From: Nitrospirota bacterium
Lineage (GTDB): Bacteria > Nitrospinota_A > UBA7883
Assembly: GCA_024275315.1 (NCBI GenBank)
Contig: JAJRZK010000006.1
Coordinates: 830-64,829 of the forward strand
DNA: 64,000 nucleotides
Reading direction: 5' to 3'
A program made the translations under genes and the position numbers. The first letter of the stretch is position 1. Every line of letters starts with the position of its first letter. Below the pieces are notes generated by a model. It saw only the letters and a program-made list of their open reading frames with translations. It had not been told where the DNA came from and searched no databases. Shown here one piece after another: positions 19,076 through 28,445 of this stretch.

Positions 19076-20502
19076 GGCGACAAATGTCACACGGCCGTCG
19101 TGGCGCCCTGGCAAGGGAGATGGGAGCGACTGTGATCATGGCGCTTGCGCTGGTTGCGGCCGGAGCCGCGCTGGGGTTGGCGGCGCTTGGTCTGGTGGGA
19201 GCGAGCCAGGTGGCGTCGGTCAGGGTGGGGGAAGGATATAGCGTCTATTACGCCGCCGTGTCCGGCCTCGAATGGGTGGCCCAGACAGCCGACGGTTTCA
19301 CCACTTCGGACAAGAGCAGATGGTTGTCTGTCGACAATTCAACGGTCGTCATCGGTGATACCGGATTTAAAATATCGATAACCTACTCCGATCCTGACAA
19401 CAGCCCCTTTACGGCCGATACGGCAATCGTGGTTTCGACCGGTTTTGCCGGTGATCCGGCCTTTTCTTCCTCCATACGGGTGTTGACGACCATGATCAAT
19501 GTCCCTGCCCCGGGGCGGACCGCCGTTTTTTCCGACCATTACGACCAGTTGGACGCTTCTTTTTTCGATGGCTCATACCAGTTCGGCCAGGCGGCGGGGT
19601 ATCACGGCGACATGACACCCTACCGCAGTGCGAACCAGGGCGCGGGAGGGGATAACGACGGACTTTTCACATTGTCCCATGAACAGGGCGGCTCCGCCAG
19701 CCTCCTGAAAATGGGCGGCTCTGGCGAGGTGCGTTATTTTATCGCTCCGGAATCGTGCCTTAAATGGCGCACTTCGCCTTTTGGCGATCCATGTTCATAT
19801 CCGGAGTGCGCCAACTCCGCCGATTGCCAGGCTCGCCAGGGGATGGATCTGGCTCAGGATATGGACGGATACCATAACTATTTCATAAAAGTCCGGGCAA
19901 AGCTCGTGTCGGGCGCCGGATTTGGGGTCTATTTCCGGGCGACGTACCCAAATCAAAACGACCCTAGCACGATAGATTTCGGAGGGCTTACCGGCTATGT
20001 TTTCCAGTACGATTCCGGCATGGGATACATAGCCCCCTGCGACCTTTCCACGGCGATACTGGGCAGTGACGGATCCGGCGTGATGTTTACGAGAAAAATT
20101 AGCGGCGGAACGGAGATTTGCCCGGCCGAGTGCGGGATTTTCAGCGCCGTCAACCCGCCGCCACCCTCCGATTCATATCCCTTCTTTTGTCCGGAAAACA
20201 GGACCGGTCGACCCTACCTTGACGGCTGGAGATGGACCAACGCCGACTGGGCTGGTAACTGGAGGACCATATACATATATGTCTACAGGAATGTGGCCGA
20301 TATTTATGTGGACAGGGAACAGGCTGGCGGTCCCGGTATCGAAAGCGTGGGCAGTGTGCGTCTTAACGGCGTCGGCTCCGAGCTGAAAACCGGGGGTGTG
20401 GGGTTGAGGGTGTGGGACAATTCGCAAGCTTTCATCGACTATATCCGGGTCTACCCCAATGACGACAACAAAACCCCCGCCACGTTCACAGGAGACCCGT
20501 GA
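19072..20502 (+). CDS. PilX/MshP-like pilus protein with a large Cys-rich C-terminal beta-sandwich (possible adhesin)
   Basis: MG/ATVIMALALV lacks Glu5, as in PilX/GspK. YYAAVSGLEW PilX-like motif. C-terminal GGVGLRVWDN...FIDYIRVY resembles a ConA-like strand pattern. Confidence 0.65.
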   Translation: MRRQMSHGRRGALAREMGATVIMALALVAAGAALGLAALGLVGASQVASVRVGEGYSVYYAAVSGLEWVAQTADGFTTSDKSRWLSVDNSTVVIGDTGFKISITYSDPDNSPFTADTAIVVSTGFAGDPAFSSSIRVLTTMINVPAPGRTAVFSDHYDQLDASFFDGSYQFGQAAGYHGDMTPYRSANQGAGGDNDGLFTLSHEQGGSASLLKMGGSGEVRYFIAPESCLKWRTSPFGDPCSYPECANSADCQARQGMDLAQDMDGYHNYFIKVRAKLVSGAGFGVYFRATYPNQNDPSTIDFGGLTGYVFQYDSGMGYIAPCDLSTAILGSDGSGVMFTRKISGGTEICPAECGIFSAVNPPPPSDSYPFFCPENRTGRPYLDGWRWTNADWAGNWRTIYIYVYRNVADIYVDREQAGGPGIESVGSVRLNGVGSELKTGGVGLRVWDNSQAFIDYIRVYPNDDNKTPATFTGDP

Positions 20503-20600
20503 CACTCGCCGACGGAGGGTGTGCGCGTTGACACATTCCATGATGGGGGCGATATTATGAGTGTATAGAATAGTGAAAAATAACAAAGGGAAAAGTGAGC

Positions 20601-20834
20601 ATGTCCACACAAAAAGATGATAGATGGCGGGAGATGCTTGTCCGGCCCTGGGACATGTCGCAAGAGCGCGGCGAAATGGCCGGGAAAAGTTCGCTGGTAA
20701 AAATAAGCAGGCGGCCGATGATTTTTTGTAAAAGGGCGCACATGGCCGGTTACGACATGACCAATATCATCAGAAAATCGAGACGGTCCCTTCCCCGTTT
20801 TTTGCCCAGACACGGCAAGCTCAGAGTCCGGTAA
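20601..20834 (+). CDS. possible small basic hypothetical protein (77 aa)
   Basis: ORF preceded by purine-rich AAAGGGAAAAG and a TTGACA at 20528-20533; no recognisable domain. Confidence 0.3.
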   Translation: MSTQKDDRWREMLVRPWDMSQERGEMAGKSSLVKISRRPMIFCKRAHMAGYDMTNIIRKSRRSLPRFLPRHGKLRVR

Positions 20835-20961
20835 TCTGCGGATATACTGTCCGGCCGCAACAAAATGGTGGCTGGCCGATCGGGCCTGCTCCCTGATCGG
20901 CGCTGGGCGGACGCTTAAAACTTGTCACGTATGGCGTCTGGTTATGATATAAACAATCGCC

Positions 20962-21732
20962 ATGAGACGAGAAACATGGCTCCGTTCGGGAGTTTATTTC
21001 ATTACCGCTGTTTTTGTTTTTGTGTCATTGTCCCCGTCCATGGCGTGGGCTTCCGGAGGATGGTTTTCCGATTTGTGGATCGTCTCCGTTTTCTCGAAAG
21101 GGGGGATAGTCATGTGGCCCATACTGGGATGTTCCATTCTGTCTGTCGCCATCAGCCTGGAGCGGGGGATCAGTCTGCGTCATGACAACATCATTAACCA
21201 TGATTTTCTCGAAGATGTCGGCAAACTGTCGTCCAAGGGCGAGTTCGACCTGGCGCTGAGGGCGTGCGCCACCCACGATGTGCCGATGGCCAGGATCGTG
21301 GAGGCGGGGCTTAAACGGAGCAGGTTCGGCGTCCTGGAGATAGAGAGGGCGATAGAGGCGGCCGGGTCCCATGAGGCCATGCTGCTCCAGGCGAACCTCA
21401 GGGGGTTGGGTGTGCTGGCCAACCTGACACCGATGCTGGGGTTGTTGGGGACGGTGATGGGGATGATAAAAGCTTTTAACGTCATCTCGGAATCGGGCAC
21501 GGGCAACCCCGGCCTGGTGGCTTCCGGCATCGCCGAGGCGCTGATAACCACCGCGGCGGGGCTCATCGTAGGCATACCCACGCTGGCTATGTACCACTTT
21601 TTCAGGAGCCGGGTGGACAGGTTTACATACGAGATGGAGGAGGCCAGCCTGCAGTTTGTCGAGGATGTGCAATACGCTGTGGGCGATTCTAAGGGACGAG
21701 GTCCCGGGCCAGGCGCAACCGATGAAGTTTAA
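20962..21732 (+). CDS. MotA/TolQ/ExbB proton channel protein
   Basis: PMLGLLGTVMGMIKAF and GIAEALITTAAGLIVGIP. Confidence 0.93.
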   Translation: MRRETWLRSGVYFITAVFVFVSLSPSMAWASGGWFSDLWIVSVFSKGGIVMWPILGCSILSVAISLERGISLRHDNIINHDFLEDVGKLSSKGEFDLALRACATHDVPMARIVEAGLKRSRFGVLEIERAIEAAGSHEAMLLQANLRGLGVLANLTPMLGLLGTVMGMIKAFNVISESGTGNPGLVASGIAEALITTAAGLIVGIPTLAMYHFFRSRVDRFTYEMEEASLQFVEDVQYAVGDSKGRGPGPGATDEV

Positions 21733-22120
21733 ACGACAGGACGAAGAAGATTTTTCCCTCCAGCTTACCGCGCTTATCGACGTGGTGTTTCTGCTGTTGA
21801 TTTTTTTCATGGTGTCCACCGCGTTTATCGATTTTACCAGGAGGATGGATATAGAGGTGCCGGAAGTCAAAGCCGGATCTGGTGTCCAGAGAGAGCGGGT
21901 TTATGAAATCGAGATGGCTCTCGACAGTAAAGTGTATTTAAACGGGGTTGAGGTCGATCTTGATTCGCTGGCTGACAGGTTGAGGGAAAAAAACCCGGAG
22001 ATAGTGAAAAGATCAGCGATAATCCGGGCCGACAGGAAGCTCGACTATGGCTCCGTGGCCCAGGTGATCGGCTTATGCAAAAACGCGGATATTCTGGATA
22101 TCGCCGTAGCCGTGCAATAA
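21722..22120 (+). CDS. ExbD/TolR family protein
   Basis: LTALIDVVFLLLIFFMVST and IIRADRKLDYGSV. Confidence 0.92.
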   Translation: MKFKRQDEEDFSLQLTALIDVVFLLLIFFMVSTAFIDFTRRMDIEVPEVKAGSGVQRERVYEIEMALDSKVYLNGVEVDLDSLADRLREKNPEIVKRSAIIRADRKLDYGSVAQVIGLCKNADILDIAVAVQ

Positions 22121-22869
22121 CGGCCTGGGCGGCCGTGGCGATGGTTTGCCTGTTTTCGCACTCCGGTTTTGCAGGCAAGCCCCCCGGGGCCGCTACGGGC
22201 TCCAGTGACGAAACGGATACCCCCGTTGATTTCGACCCGAAATCCATTGGGGCGGATGAGAAAATCATTGCCGGGACGCCAGGCAAAACCCCGTTGATGA
22301 TCCGTGACGTGGAGATAGAGGCGCCTTTGGAGCTGGTGAGCTATTTCGTGTCCAGGTTTCACCTGGCCTACCGCATCATGGATGAAAACTCCATCGCCCC
22401 TTTCGCGCTGAACAGGGAGGACGATGGCTCCGGATGGGAAATGACAGGGGCGGGAAAGGAATATACGTTCAGCCAGGTTGGCGGTTCCGGCGGGCCTTCG
22501 GCCCTGAAATTCTCTTTTTATTATAAACCGCCCGTTGGAATCGGGGTGAAAATGACCGGCTCGGGGGTGGTCGTGTTTCGCTTGAGAAAAGGGGAGCCGC
22601 AACCCATGACGCTGGTTGATTACGACATATATTTTGTCACGGGGTCGACGCCTGTCGACAGGCTGACCAAAAAGGCGCCTTTTATCCAGACATCAATTAT
22701 CGGCGATGACATCAACTCCGTGCTCCGATCATTTATCGAGCTGTGCGAGGGTGTGTATGAAGACCCGGAGACCGTGGCCGATGAGATGGAGATGTCGGAT
22801 GAAATTTTCACCGAGGCGGAAGTGCGTGACTTAAGGGACAGTTTCATATCCGGGAATCACTCTCGCTAA
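22075..22869 (+). CDS. hypothetical exported protein (true start probably near 22135-22141)
   Basis: 264-aa ORF with a signal-peptide-like segment, continuing the exbBD operon. Confidence 0.6.
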   Translation: MQKRGYSGYRRSRAITAWAAVAMVCLFSHSGFAGKPPGAATGSSDETDTPVDFDPKSIGADEKIIAGTPGKTPLMIRDVEIEAPLELVSYFVSRFHLAYRIMDENSIAPFALNREDDGSGWEMTGAGKEYTFSQVGGSGGPSALKFSFYYKPPVGIGVKMTGSGVVVFRLRKGEPQPMTLVDYDIYFVTGSTPVDRLTKKAPFIQTSIIGDDINSVLRSFIELCEGVYEDPETVADEMEMSDEIFTEAEVRDLRDSFISGNHSR

Positions 22870-23128
22870 CATTGGACCGGTTGCGTATGGCCGGACAATA
22901 ATGTCTTATAATTCAGACATAGCTGTCCACCATGGGGCCGGAACCTTTTGAAATATCAGACCGTTCAAATTCGCCCGATTTATGCACTATAAACAGTCAA
23001 AGATACGACCCGGAAAATGAGCAGAGTCTATGTTTGTTGTTTGGCGATGCTTTACAGGGTGTTTATTTATAAAAAGACTTGGTTCCGTATCGCACGAGCG
23101 ATATGGGCGACAGATGGAGACGTGAAAA

Positions 23129-23272
23129 ATGGAAATGTTATTTGCAATCGGATTTGTGGTATGGCTTACAGCGCTGATCATGGCGACTCCTGCAGGACCC
23201 AGGAGCGATTTTATGTCTACGCAGGCTGATGTGAAGTTCCTTGATACCTCCAGCGTCAGGAAAGCCGCGTAG
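23129..23272 (+). CDS. unannotated 47-aa small membrane/secreted protein
   Basis: MEMLFAIGFVVWLTALIMATPAGPRSDFMSTQADVKFLDTSSVRKAA*, with GGAG SD upstream and terminator-like hairpins directly downstream. Confidence 0.55.
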   Translation: MEMLFAIGFVVWLTALIMATPAGPRSDFMSTQADVKFLDTSSVRKAA

Positions 23273-23313
23273 CGTACGGGCAGGCGTCAGCCTGCCGACG
23301 GCTTTTTGCCTGC

Positions 23314-23356
23314 CGGGCGTAAAGGAGACGCGCCGCGCCTCCCTTACGCCCGTTTT
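23314..23356 (+). terminator. long GC hairpin with T-tract between convergent genes
   Basis: CGGGCGTAA...TTACGCCCG stem followed by TTTT; preceded by the hairpin GGCAGGC-GTCA-GCCTGCC. Confidence 0.55.
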
Positions 23357-23412
23357 ACCATGATGGCCATGAGACTTTTGTGGTGGGGCGGCGGATATCG
23401 GTAAAGGGCCGG

Positions 23413-23805
23413 TTACAAGGCGTCCAGAGCCCGTGTAAGTTTGCTTTTGACCTCAACCGCCAGTTCGCCGATTTGTGGGTTGTCCACGAACGAAGTGATA
23501 ATATCGGGGTCCATTATCTCCACATGAACAGCGCCTTGCTTATCGGCTCTTACAACCACGTTGCAGGGCAACAGCGCCCCGATGGAAGGGTCGGCCTCCA
23601 GAGCTCTGTGAGCGAAAGGAGGGTTGCAGGCGCCCAGAATCCTGTACGGAGGCATGTCCAGGTCCATTTTTTTCTTCAACGTGGCCGCCACGTCTATTTC
23701 CGACAATATTCCGAAGCCTTCCACTTTGAGAGTCTCTGTAATTTTTCCCACCGCCTCGTCAAAACCAAGATCGACCACCTTTCCAAAACTGTATTTACCG
23801 CTCAT
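23413..23805 (-). CDS. DUF302 domain protein
   Basis: GFGILSEIDV...YRILGACNP..A...IGALLPCNVVV; SD GGAGG upstream. Confidence 0.9.
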   Translation of the reverse strand: MSGKYSFGKVVDLGFDEAVGKITETLKVEGFGILSEIDVAATLKKKMDLDMPPYRILGACNPPFAHRALEADPSIGALLPCNVVVRADKQGAVHVEIMDPDIITSFVDNPQIGELAVEVKSKLTRALDAL

Positions 23806-23920
23806 TATCAAGCCTCCATGTAAGTGTTATAACAAGGTTGTCCCGAAACCCGAGCCGCGTCGCTTCGGGACAAGGACGTTTTGTGCCAGGATTCCCGTAT
23901 GACCGGCCAACAATAACCCG

Positions 23921-26347
23921 TCAACACTTGGAATAGCCGCACGCATGGCATAACATGCAGCCGTCAGCCCGTTGAAGCGCCCCGCCGCAGTCCGGGCACG
24001 CTCCCCCCGGGGAAATGTTGTTTTCCTCTATAAACGTGGCCATTACCGGAGACTTTGGCTTCTCCTTTTTCGACCCGTTGTCCGAAGACGCTTCGGCTTC
24101 GATAAGCGATCCGCCGATCGAAGCAAGCCCCATGCGGGAGAGCTTGTCCAAAGCCTTGCTGATGGCGTCCGCGCATGATGATATACGCACCCCCTTTTCC
24201 CACGCCGGCTGGTGGCATGATATACCCATGAGCTGGCTACGTATCTGTTCCAGATCGATGCCGGCCCTTAACGCCAGCGACACCAGCCTGCCTATCGATT
24301 CCGTCTGGCTGGCGGCGCATCCTCCGGCTTTGCCTATCTGGGTGAACAGCTCGAACGGTTTTCCTGTTTCGTCATGGTTTATGGTGACGTACAGGGAGCC
24401 GCATCCGGTGTTGATCCTCTGGGTGGAGCCAAAAATCATGTCCGGCCTCGGGCGCGGGACAAGCTTTTTGCTGGCGGGGTCCTGCGTTTCGGTTTCTTCT
24501 TTTTTCGGTTTTGCGTGGGTGGACCCTGTGGACAGGACTTGCTCGTCCCTCGATCCGTCGCGGTAAATGGTAACCCCCTTGCACCCGAAGTTGTAAGCCA
24601 TCAGGTAGGCGTTGTACACATCCTTCTCGGTCGCCTCGCTAGGGAAGTTTATGGTTTTGGATACGGCGTTGTCGGTGTGCTTCTGGAACGCCGCCTGGGT
24701 CTTGATATGCCATTCGGGGGTGACGCCGTGGGCCGTTACGAAGATCTTCTTGATCTCGTCGGATATCTCGTCGATGTCATTGATATGTCCCTGGTAGGCC
24801 ACCTTTTCCATAAGCTCTTTCGAATAGAACCCCTGATTACGGGCCAGGTTTTCGAAAAGAGGATGGATTTCTATGAGCTTGTCGTTATCCATGACATTGC
24901 GCACAAAAGACAAGGCGAAAAGAGGCTCCACTCCCGAAGAGCATCCCGCGATGATGCTTATGGTGCCGGTGGGGGCGATGGTGACCGTTGTGGCGTTGCG
25001 CAACGGTTCCGCTCCTGGCTTGTCATAGATGGATCCATAAAAATTCGGGAAAGGACCCCTGGTTTTCGCAAGCTCGGCGGAAGCCTTTTTCGATTCTATG
25101 TTTATAAAATCCATCACCTCCGAAGCCAGGGATATGGCCGCTTCGGAATTATACGGCACGCCGAGCTTGATGATAAAATCGGCCCACCCCATGACGCCCA
25201 TTCCAATCTTGCGGTTGCCCTTGGTCACCTTTTCGATCATCTCGAGCGGGTACTTGTTCATGTCTATCACGTTGTCGAGAAAACGGACCGAAGTGTGGAC
25301 GACGGACCTTAGCCGCTCCCACTTGATCTGGCCTTCGTCCGAAACCATCTGTGAAAGGTTGATAGAGCCCAGGTTGCAGGATTCGTATGGAAGCAGGGGC
25401 TGTTCGCCGCATGGGTTGGTGGACTCTATTTCCCCGACGTGCGGCGTGGGGTTGGCGTCGTTTATTTTGTCGATGAATATGACGCCGGGATCGCCGTTTT
25501 TCCAGGCCGACGACACTATCCGGTCGAACACTTCCCTGGCGTCGAGCGATCCGGTGGCCTGGTTGTTGTACGGATTGATCAGGTCATAGTCGTCGCCGTT
25601 TTTAACGGCCTCCATAAAGTTGTCTGTTATGGCGACGGAAATGTTGAAATTGTTCAGCCCCTTGTCGTTGCGTTTGCAATCGATAAACTCCAGGATGTCG
25701 GGGTGATCCACCCTCAAAATCCCCATGTTCGCCCCCCGGCGCGTTCCTCCCTGCTTTATCGCCTCTGTTGCGGAGTCGAACACGCGCATGAAGGATATGG
25801 GACCCGAGGAGACACCGTTGGTGGAACGGACCATGGAGTTTGACGGTCGCAGTTTGGAAAAGGAAAACCCGGTGCCGCCGCCCGACTTGTGGATCATGGC
25901 GGTGTCATGAATGGCTGAAAAAATCGACTCCATGGAGTCTTCTACGGGGAGGACAAAACAGGCCGAAAGCTGTTGGAGCCCCCGTCCGGCGTTCATCAGG
26001 GTGGGGGAATTGGGCATGAACTCCAGGTTGGTCATCATGGTGTAAAACGCCTCTTCGGATAGGGCCGCCTCCTCCGCGGCTCCGTACCGCAACTCCGCCT
26101 GAGCGATGTTCTTGGCCACGCGCCGGAACATGTCTGAAGGGGTTTCTATCACGGCGCCACTCTCGTCTTTTACAAGGTACCTGCGCTCCAGCACCCGCAG
26201 TGCGTTTTCCGAAAGAAGACAGTCTGCGTCAGACTCCATCCCAAAATCGGCCAGCGCTTCTATACACTTGCCTCCCATTATTTTTTCTTCATTGTTTTTG
26301 TCGTAGCTGTGATTGAATTCATGCTCAAGATTGCTGTTCGGATTCAC
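23921..26347 (-). CDS. nrdJ: adenosylcobalamin-dependent class II ribonucleotide reductase with C-terminal TSCPD/Zn-ribbon region
   Basis: FMPNSPTLMNAG, QLSACFV, STNPCGEQPL, TIAPTGTISI, SSCAD and terminal CPDC...CHACGYSKC. Start codon uncertain. Confidence 0.93.
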   Translation of the reverse strand: MNPNSNLEHEFNHSYDKNNEEKIMGGKCIEALADFGMESDADCLLSENALRVLERRYLVKDESGAVIETPSDMFRRVAKNIAQAELRYGAAEEAALSEEAFYTMMTNLEFMPNSPTLMNAGRGLQQLSACFVLPVEDSMESIFSAIHDTAMIHKSGGGTGFSFSKLRPSNSMVRSTNGVSSGPISFMRVFDSATEAIKQGGTRRGANMGILRVDHPDILEFIDCKRNDKGLNNFNISVAITDNFMEAVKNGDDYDLINPYNNQATGSLDAREVFDRIVSSAWKNGDPGVIFIDKINDANPTPHVGEIESTNPCGEQPLLPYESCNLGSINLSQMVSDEGQIKWERLRSVVHTSVRFLDNVIDMNKYPLEMIEKVTKGNRKIGMGVMGWADFIIKLGVPYNSEAAISLASEVMDFINIESKKASAELAKTRGPFPNFYGSIYDKPGAEPLRNATTVTIAPTGTISIIAGCSSGVEPLFALSFVRNVMDNDKLIEIHPLFENLARNQGFYSKELMEKVAYQGHINDIDEISDEIKKIFVTAHGVTPEWHIKTQAAFQKHTDNAVSKTINFPSEATEKDVYNAYLMAYNFGCKGVTIYRDGSRDEQVLSTGSTHAKPKKEETETQDPASKKLVPRPRPDMIFGSTQRINTGCGSLYVTINHDETGKPFELFTQIGKAGGCAASQTESIGRLVSLALRAGIDLEQIRSQLMGISCHQPAWEKGVRISSCADAISKALDKLSRMGLASIGGSLIEAEASSDNGSKKEKPKSPVMATFIEENNISPGGACPDCGGALQRADGCMLCHACGYSKC

Positions 26348-26605
26348 GTTTTATCCCCTTTTTCCCCTCACAAAAAAATCGAAATAACAAATCGGTGAAC
26401 TTCCCACCCCAAAACCGGCATAGAGACATATAGATACAATGAAGATTATCGACCCATGCCTGATTGCTCCAACTCTGCTGGTTATGTATGATTAAACGTC
26501 AAACTATTGATAGTGAAATATGATAGTTGCAAATCATTTATTTTCAGCAAACAAGAGTTTTTCGCTGTAATATTATGTGTTGAAATAGTCGAATATCCAT
26601 CATCT

Positions 26606-26653
26606 ATACAGGATGTTGTGTAAATGGCAATAATACACCACTATATATAGTGT
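26606..26653. promoter_or_regulatory. tandem NrdR boxes
   Basis: CCACTATATATAGTGT (26638-26653) matches acaCwAtATaTwGtgt at 15/16. ATACAGGATGTTGTGT (26606-26621) matches at 12/16. Starts are 32 bp apart, upstream of nrdJ. Confidence 0.85.
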
Positions 26654-26658
26654 GTCAA
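26630..26658 (-). promoter_or_regulatory. sigma70 promoter for nrdJ overlapped by an NrdR box
   Basis: TTGACA (26658-26653), 17-bp spacer, TATTAT (26635-26630). Confidence 0.75.
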
Positions 26659-26858
26659 GTGCTTTTCTCAAGAGTCCGGGCAACGGTTTTCAACACTTTG
26701 TCCACATTCCTCGATCTTATTTTGTCCTTATTAATATAGGCGATAAACACATTTTCAATAGAACCCGGATATGTGTCTTTGTAATATTTTCGCCACGGAA
26801 AAATTGGTTTCCAGCGTGAATATTCAGGAGCTTCGGGTTTTCATTCTGGCGTGTCACG

Positions 26859-26896
26859 CAAGAAAAAGGGGGGCGGCCGGAGGCGCCCCCCTCTTC
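26859..26896 (-). terminator. intrinsic terminator of the FadL-like gene
   Basis: On the minus strand, GGGGGGCG-loop-CGCCCCCC followed by TTTTTCTT. Confidence 0.8.
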
Positions 26897-26914
26897 GACA
26901 AAGGCTTTACACCG

Positions 26915-28252
26915 CTACTGTTTCGCAAATTTATAGCTGATGGCGATCAGCAGGCTTTGCTCTTCGAGAGTGATAGTTGTGTTCGAATCGGAACCCATCA
27001 TATCGTTCTTGCCGTCGATCTCCTTTTTGAGCGTCTTCATGTAGGCCAGCCCGACTCCCCACCGACTGCCAAGGGCCAAATCCACCCCCAGGCCCAGGTG
27101 GTCCTCCACGATCGCCGGAAAGACTATGTTGTTGAAGACGTCCTCCTCGCCGATAGGCGAATCTCCATGGTTATACCCAGCGCGCAGGGTGGTCATCGAG
27201 CTTACCTTGTACTCCACCCCCACTGCGTAGACCATTACGTCGCTCCATCCGAAATTAAGGGGCATGGAGCCGGCCGTGTCCACCGGAGCCCCTGTGACCA
27301 TGTCTACCATGGTAAAATCGCCTGATAAATCTATCTGGTCATGGGTGGCGCTGAAGTTTATCCATTTGATATCGGCGGTGATTTTGAACTTTTCGTTCGG
27401 GGTGACTGCGATGCCGAAGCTGAGTTGTTGCGGGAAGTTCATCCCCATCGAATAAGTTCCATCGGAGTTTGTGTAGAGTTTTCCCGTACCATCCGGAAAG
27501 ACGATATCACCTGCGGAAAGACGATACTCCATGTCCGCGAAGCTTTGCTCGGATATGTAGGTCGCCCCGATCTGGATTACATCGTTTACCTTGAATATGG
27601 CTCCTATGGTCGCGCCGAACCCCATAGCCCCCACGGCCCTGGACAGGTCCGCTCCGATATAGTTGGCGCTGTTGGGGTCGCTGAACTTCTGTTTGAAGGC
27701 CATCTGCTGGTAATCTATGTTGATAGAAGCGCCGACATAAAGCTTGTCGCTGAATTTCTTGGCCAGTGTGGGCGCAAGTTTCCAGAACTGGTATTGGCTG
27801 TACAGGTTCGCTTTCCATGGCGTGAAATCACCGAACGCGGCGTTTATCGGGACCGAGTTTATGGTGTTGTAATCCACGCCCATTCCGGATGTTAGGAACA
27901 TTCCTCCACCGAAATAAAGATCATTCCCGATCTCACCGGTCCAGCCAACCGCCGGAGCCAGGTACAGGGGCGATCCGCCCTCGTCAGCCTCACCGCCCGC
28001 CCCGGTGAAATCTGAGGATCGGGTGGGCATGAAAAGGTCGAAGTTAAAATCGGCTCTGTCGCCGATAAGCGCCATACCGGCGGGGTTTGTGATGGCGGTG
28101 GTCGTGTCCTCCGGTGCGGCGGTCACCGCGCCTCCCATACTTTTGCCATAGGCCCCAAGCCCCATCATTTGATGACCATTGGTAGCCTGGGCCTGGTTTG
28201 CCGCCCCGAACGAGGCCACCAGAAACGCCATTATTACAGTCAGTTTTTTCAT
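26915..28252 (-). CDS. OmpP1/FadL/TodX family outer-membrane transporter
   Basis: Signal peptide, then TNGHQMMGLGA...MGGA...NPAGMA hatch, TLRAGYNHG and a terminal aromatic beta-signal (ISYKF). Confidence 0.88.
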   Translation of the reverse strand: MKKLTVIMAFLVASFGAANQAQATNGHQMMGLGAYGKSMGGAVTAAPEDTTTAITNPAGMALIGDRADFNFDLFMPTRSSDFTGAGGEADEGGSPLYLAPAVGWTGEIGNDLYFGGGMFLTSGMGVDYNTINSVPINAAFGDFTPWKANLYSQYQFWKLAPTLAKKFSDKLYVGASINIDYQQMAFKQKFSDPNSANYIGADLSRAVGAMGFGATIGAIFKVNDVIQIGATYISEQSFADMEYRLSAGDIVFPDGTGKLYTNSDGTYSMGMNFPQQLSFGIAVTPNEKFKITADIKWINFSATHDQIDLSGDFTMVDMVTGAPVDTAGSMPLNFGWSDVMVYAVGVEYKVSSMTTLRAGYNHGDSPIGEEDVFNNIVFPAIVEDHLGLGVDLALGSRWGVGLAYMKTLKKEIDGKNDMMGSDSNTTITLEEQSLLIAISYKFAKQ

Positions 28253-28420
28253 GATGCCCTCCTCCGGATGTGTCTTCAAAGGCAAGCCCGGCGCCCACGC
28301 CGCCTGGCCAGCAGACTGGATTTACGTATTGAGCTGGTAGCGCACGTTTTTCAATACGAACATCTTCTGCTTCCCCTTAGATTCGGAATTGCGAGATTGG
28401 ATTCATAAAAGGGCAAGTTA

Positions 28421-28445
28421 ATACTTGACTGTTTTAGTATGACTT
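28421..28445 (+). promoter_or_regulatory. IscR/Rrf2-type operator candidate upstream of nfu-mrp
   Basis: ATACTTGACTGTTTTAGTATGACTT: the first 18 positions match the type-1 IscR motif ATASYYGACTRWWWYAGTCRRSTAT. Extended -10 TGTTATGAT at 28452-28460. Confidence 0.6.

Noticed and set aside
23871-23890. Sigma54 promoter (TGGCAC) upstream of the DUF302 gene
   Set aside because: The -12 GC dinucleotide is missing at the required spacing.
26348-26625. Cobalamin riboswitch upstream of B12-dependent nrdJ
   Set aside because: No recognisable B12-box or conserved core was seen by eye; an Rfam scan would settle it.
26348-26860. AT-rich region as a possible replication origin or foreign island
   Set aside because: It is explained by the nrdJ promoter and NrdR boxes. 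There are only one or two DnaA-like boxes and no dnaA/dnaN or mobility genes nearby.
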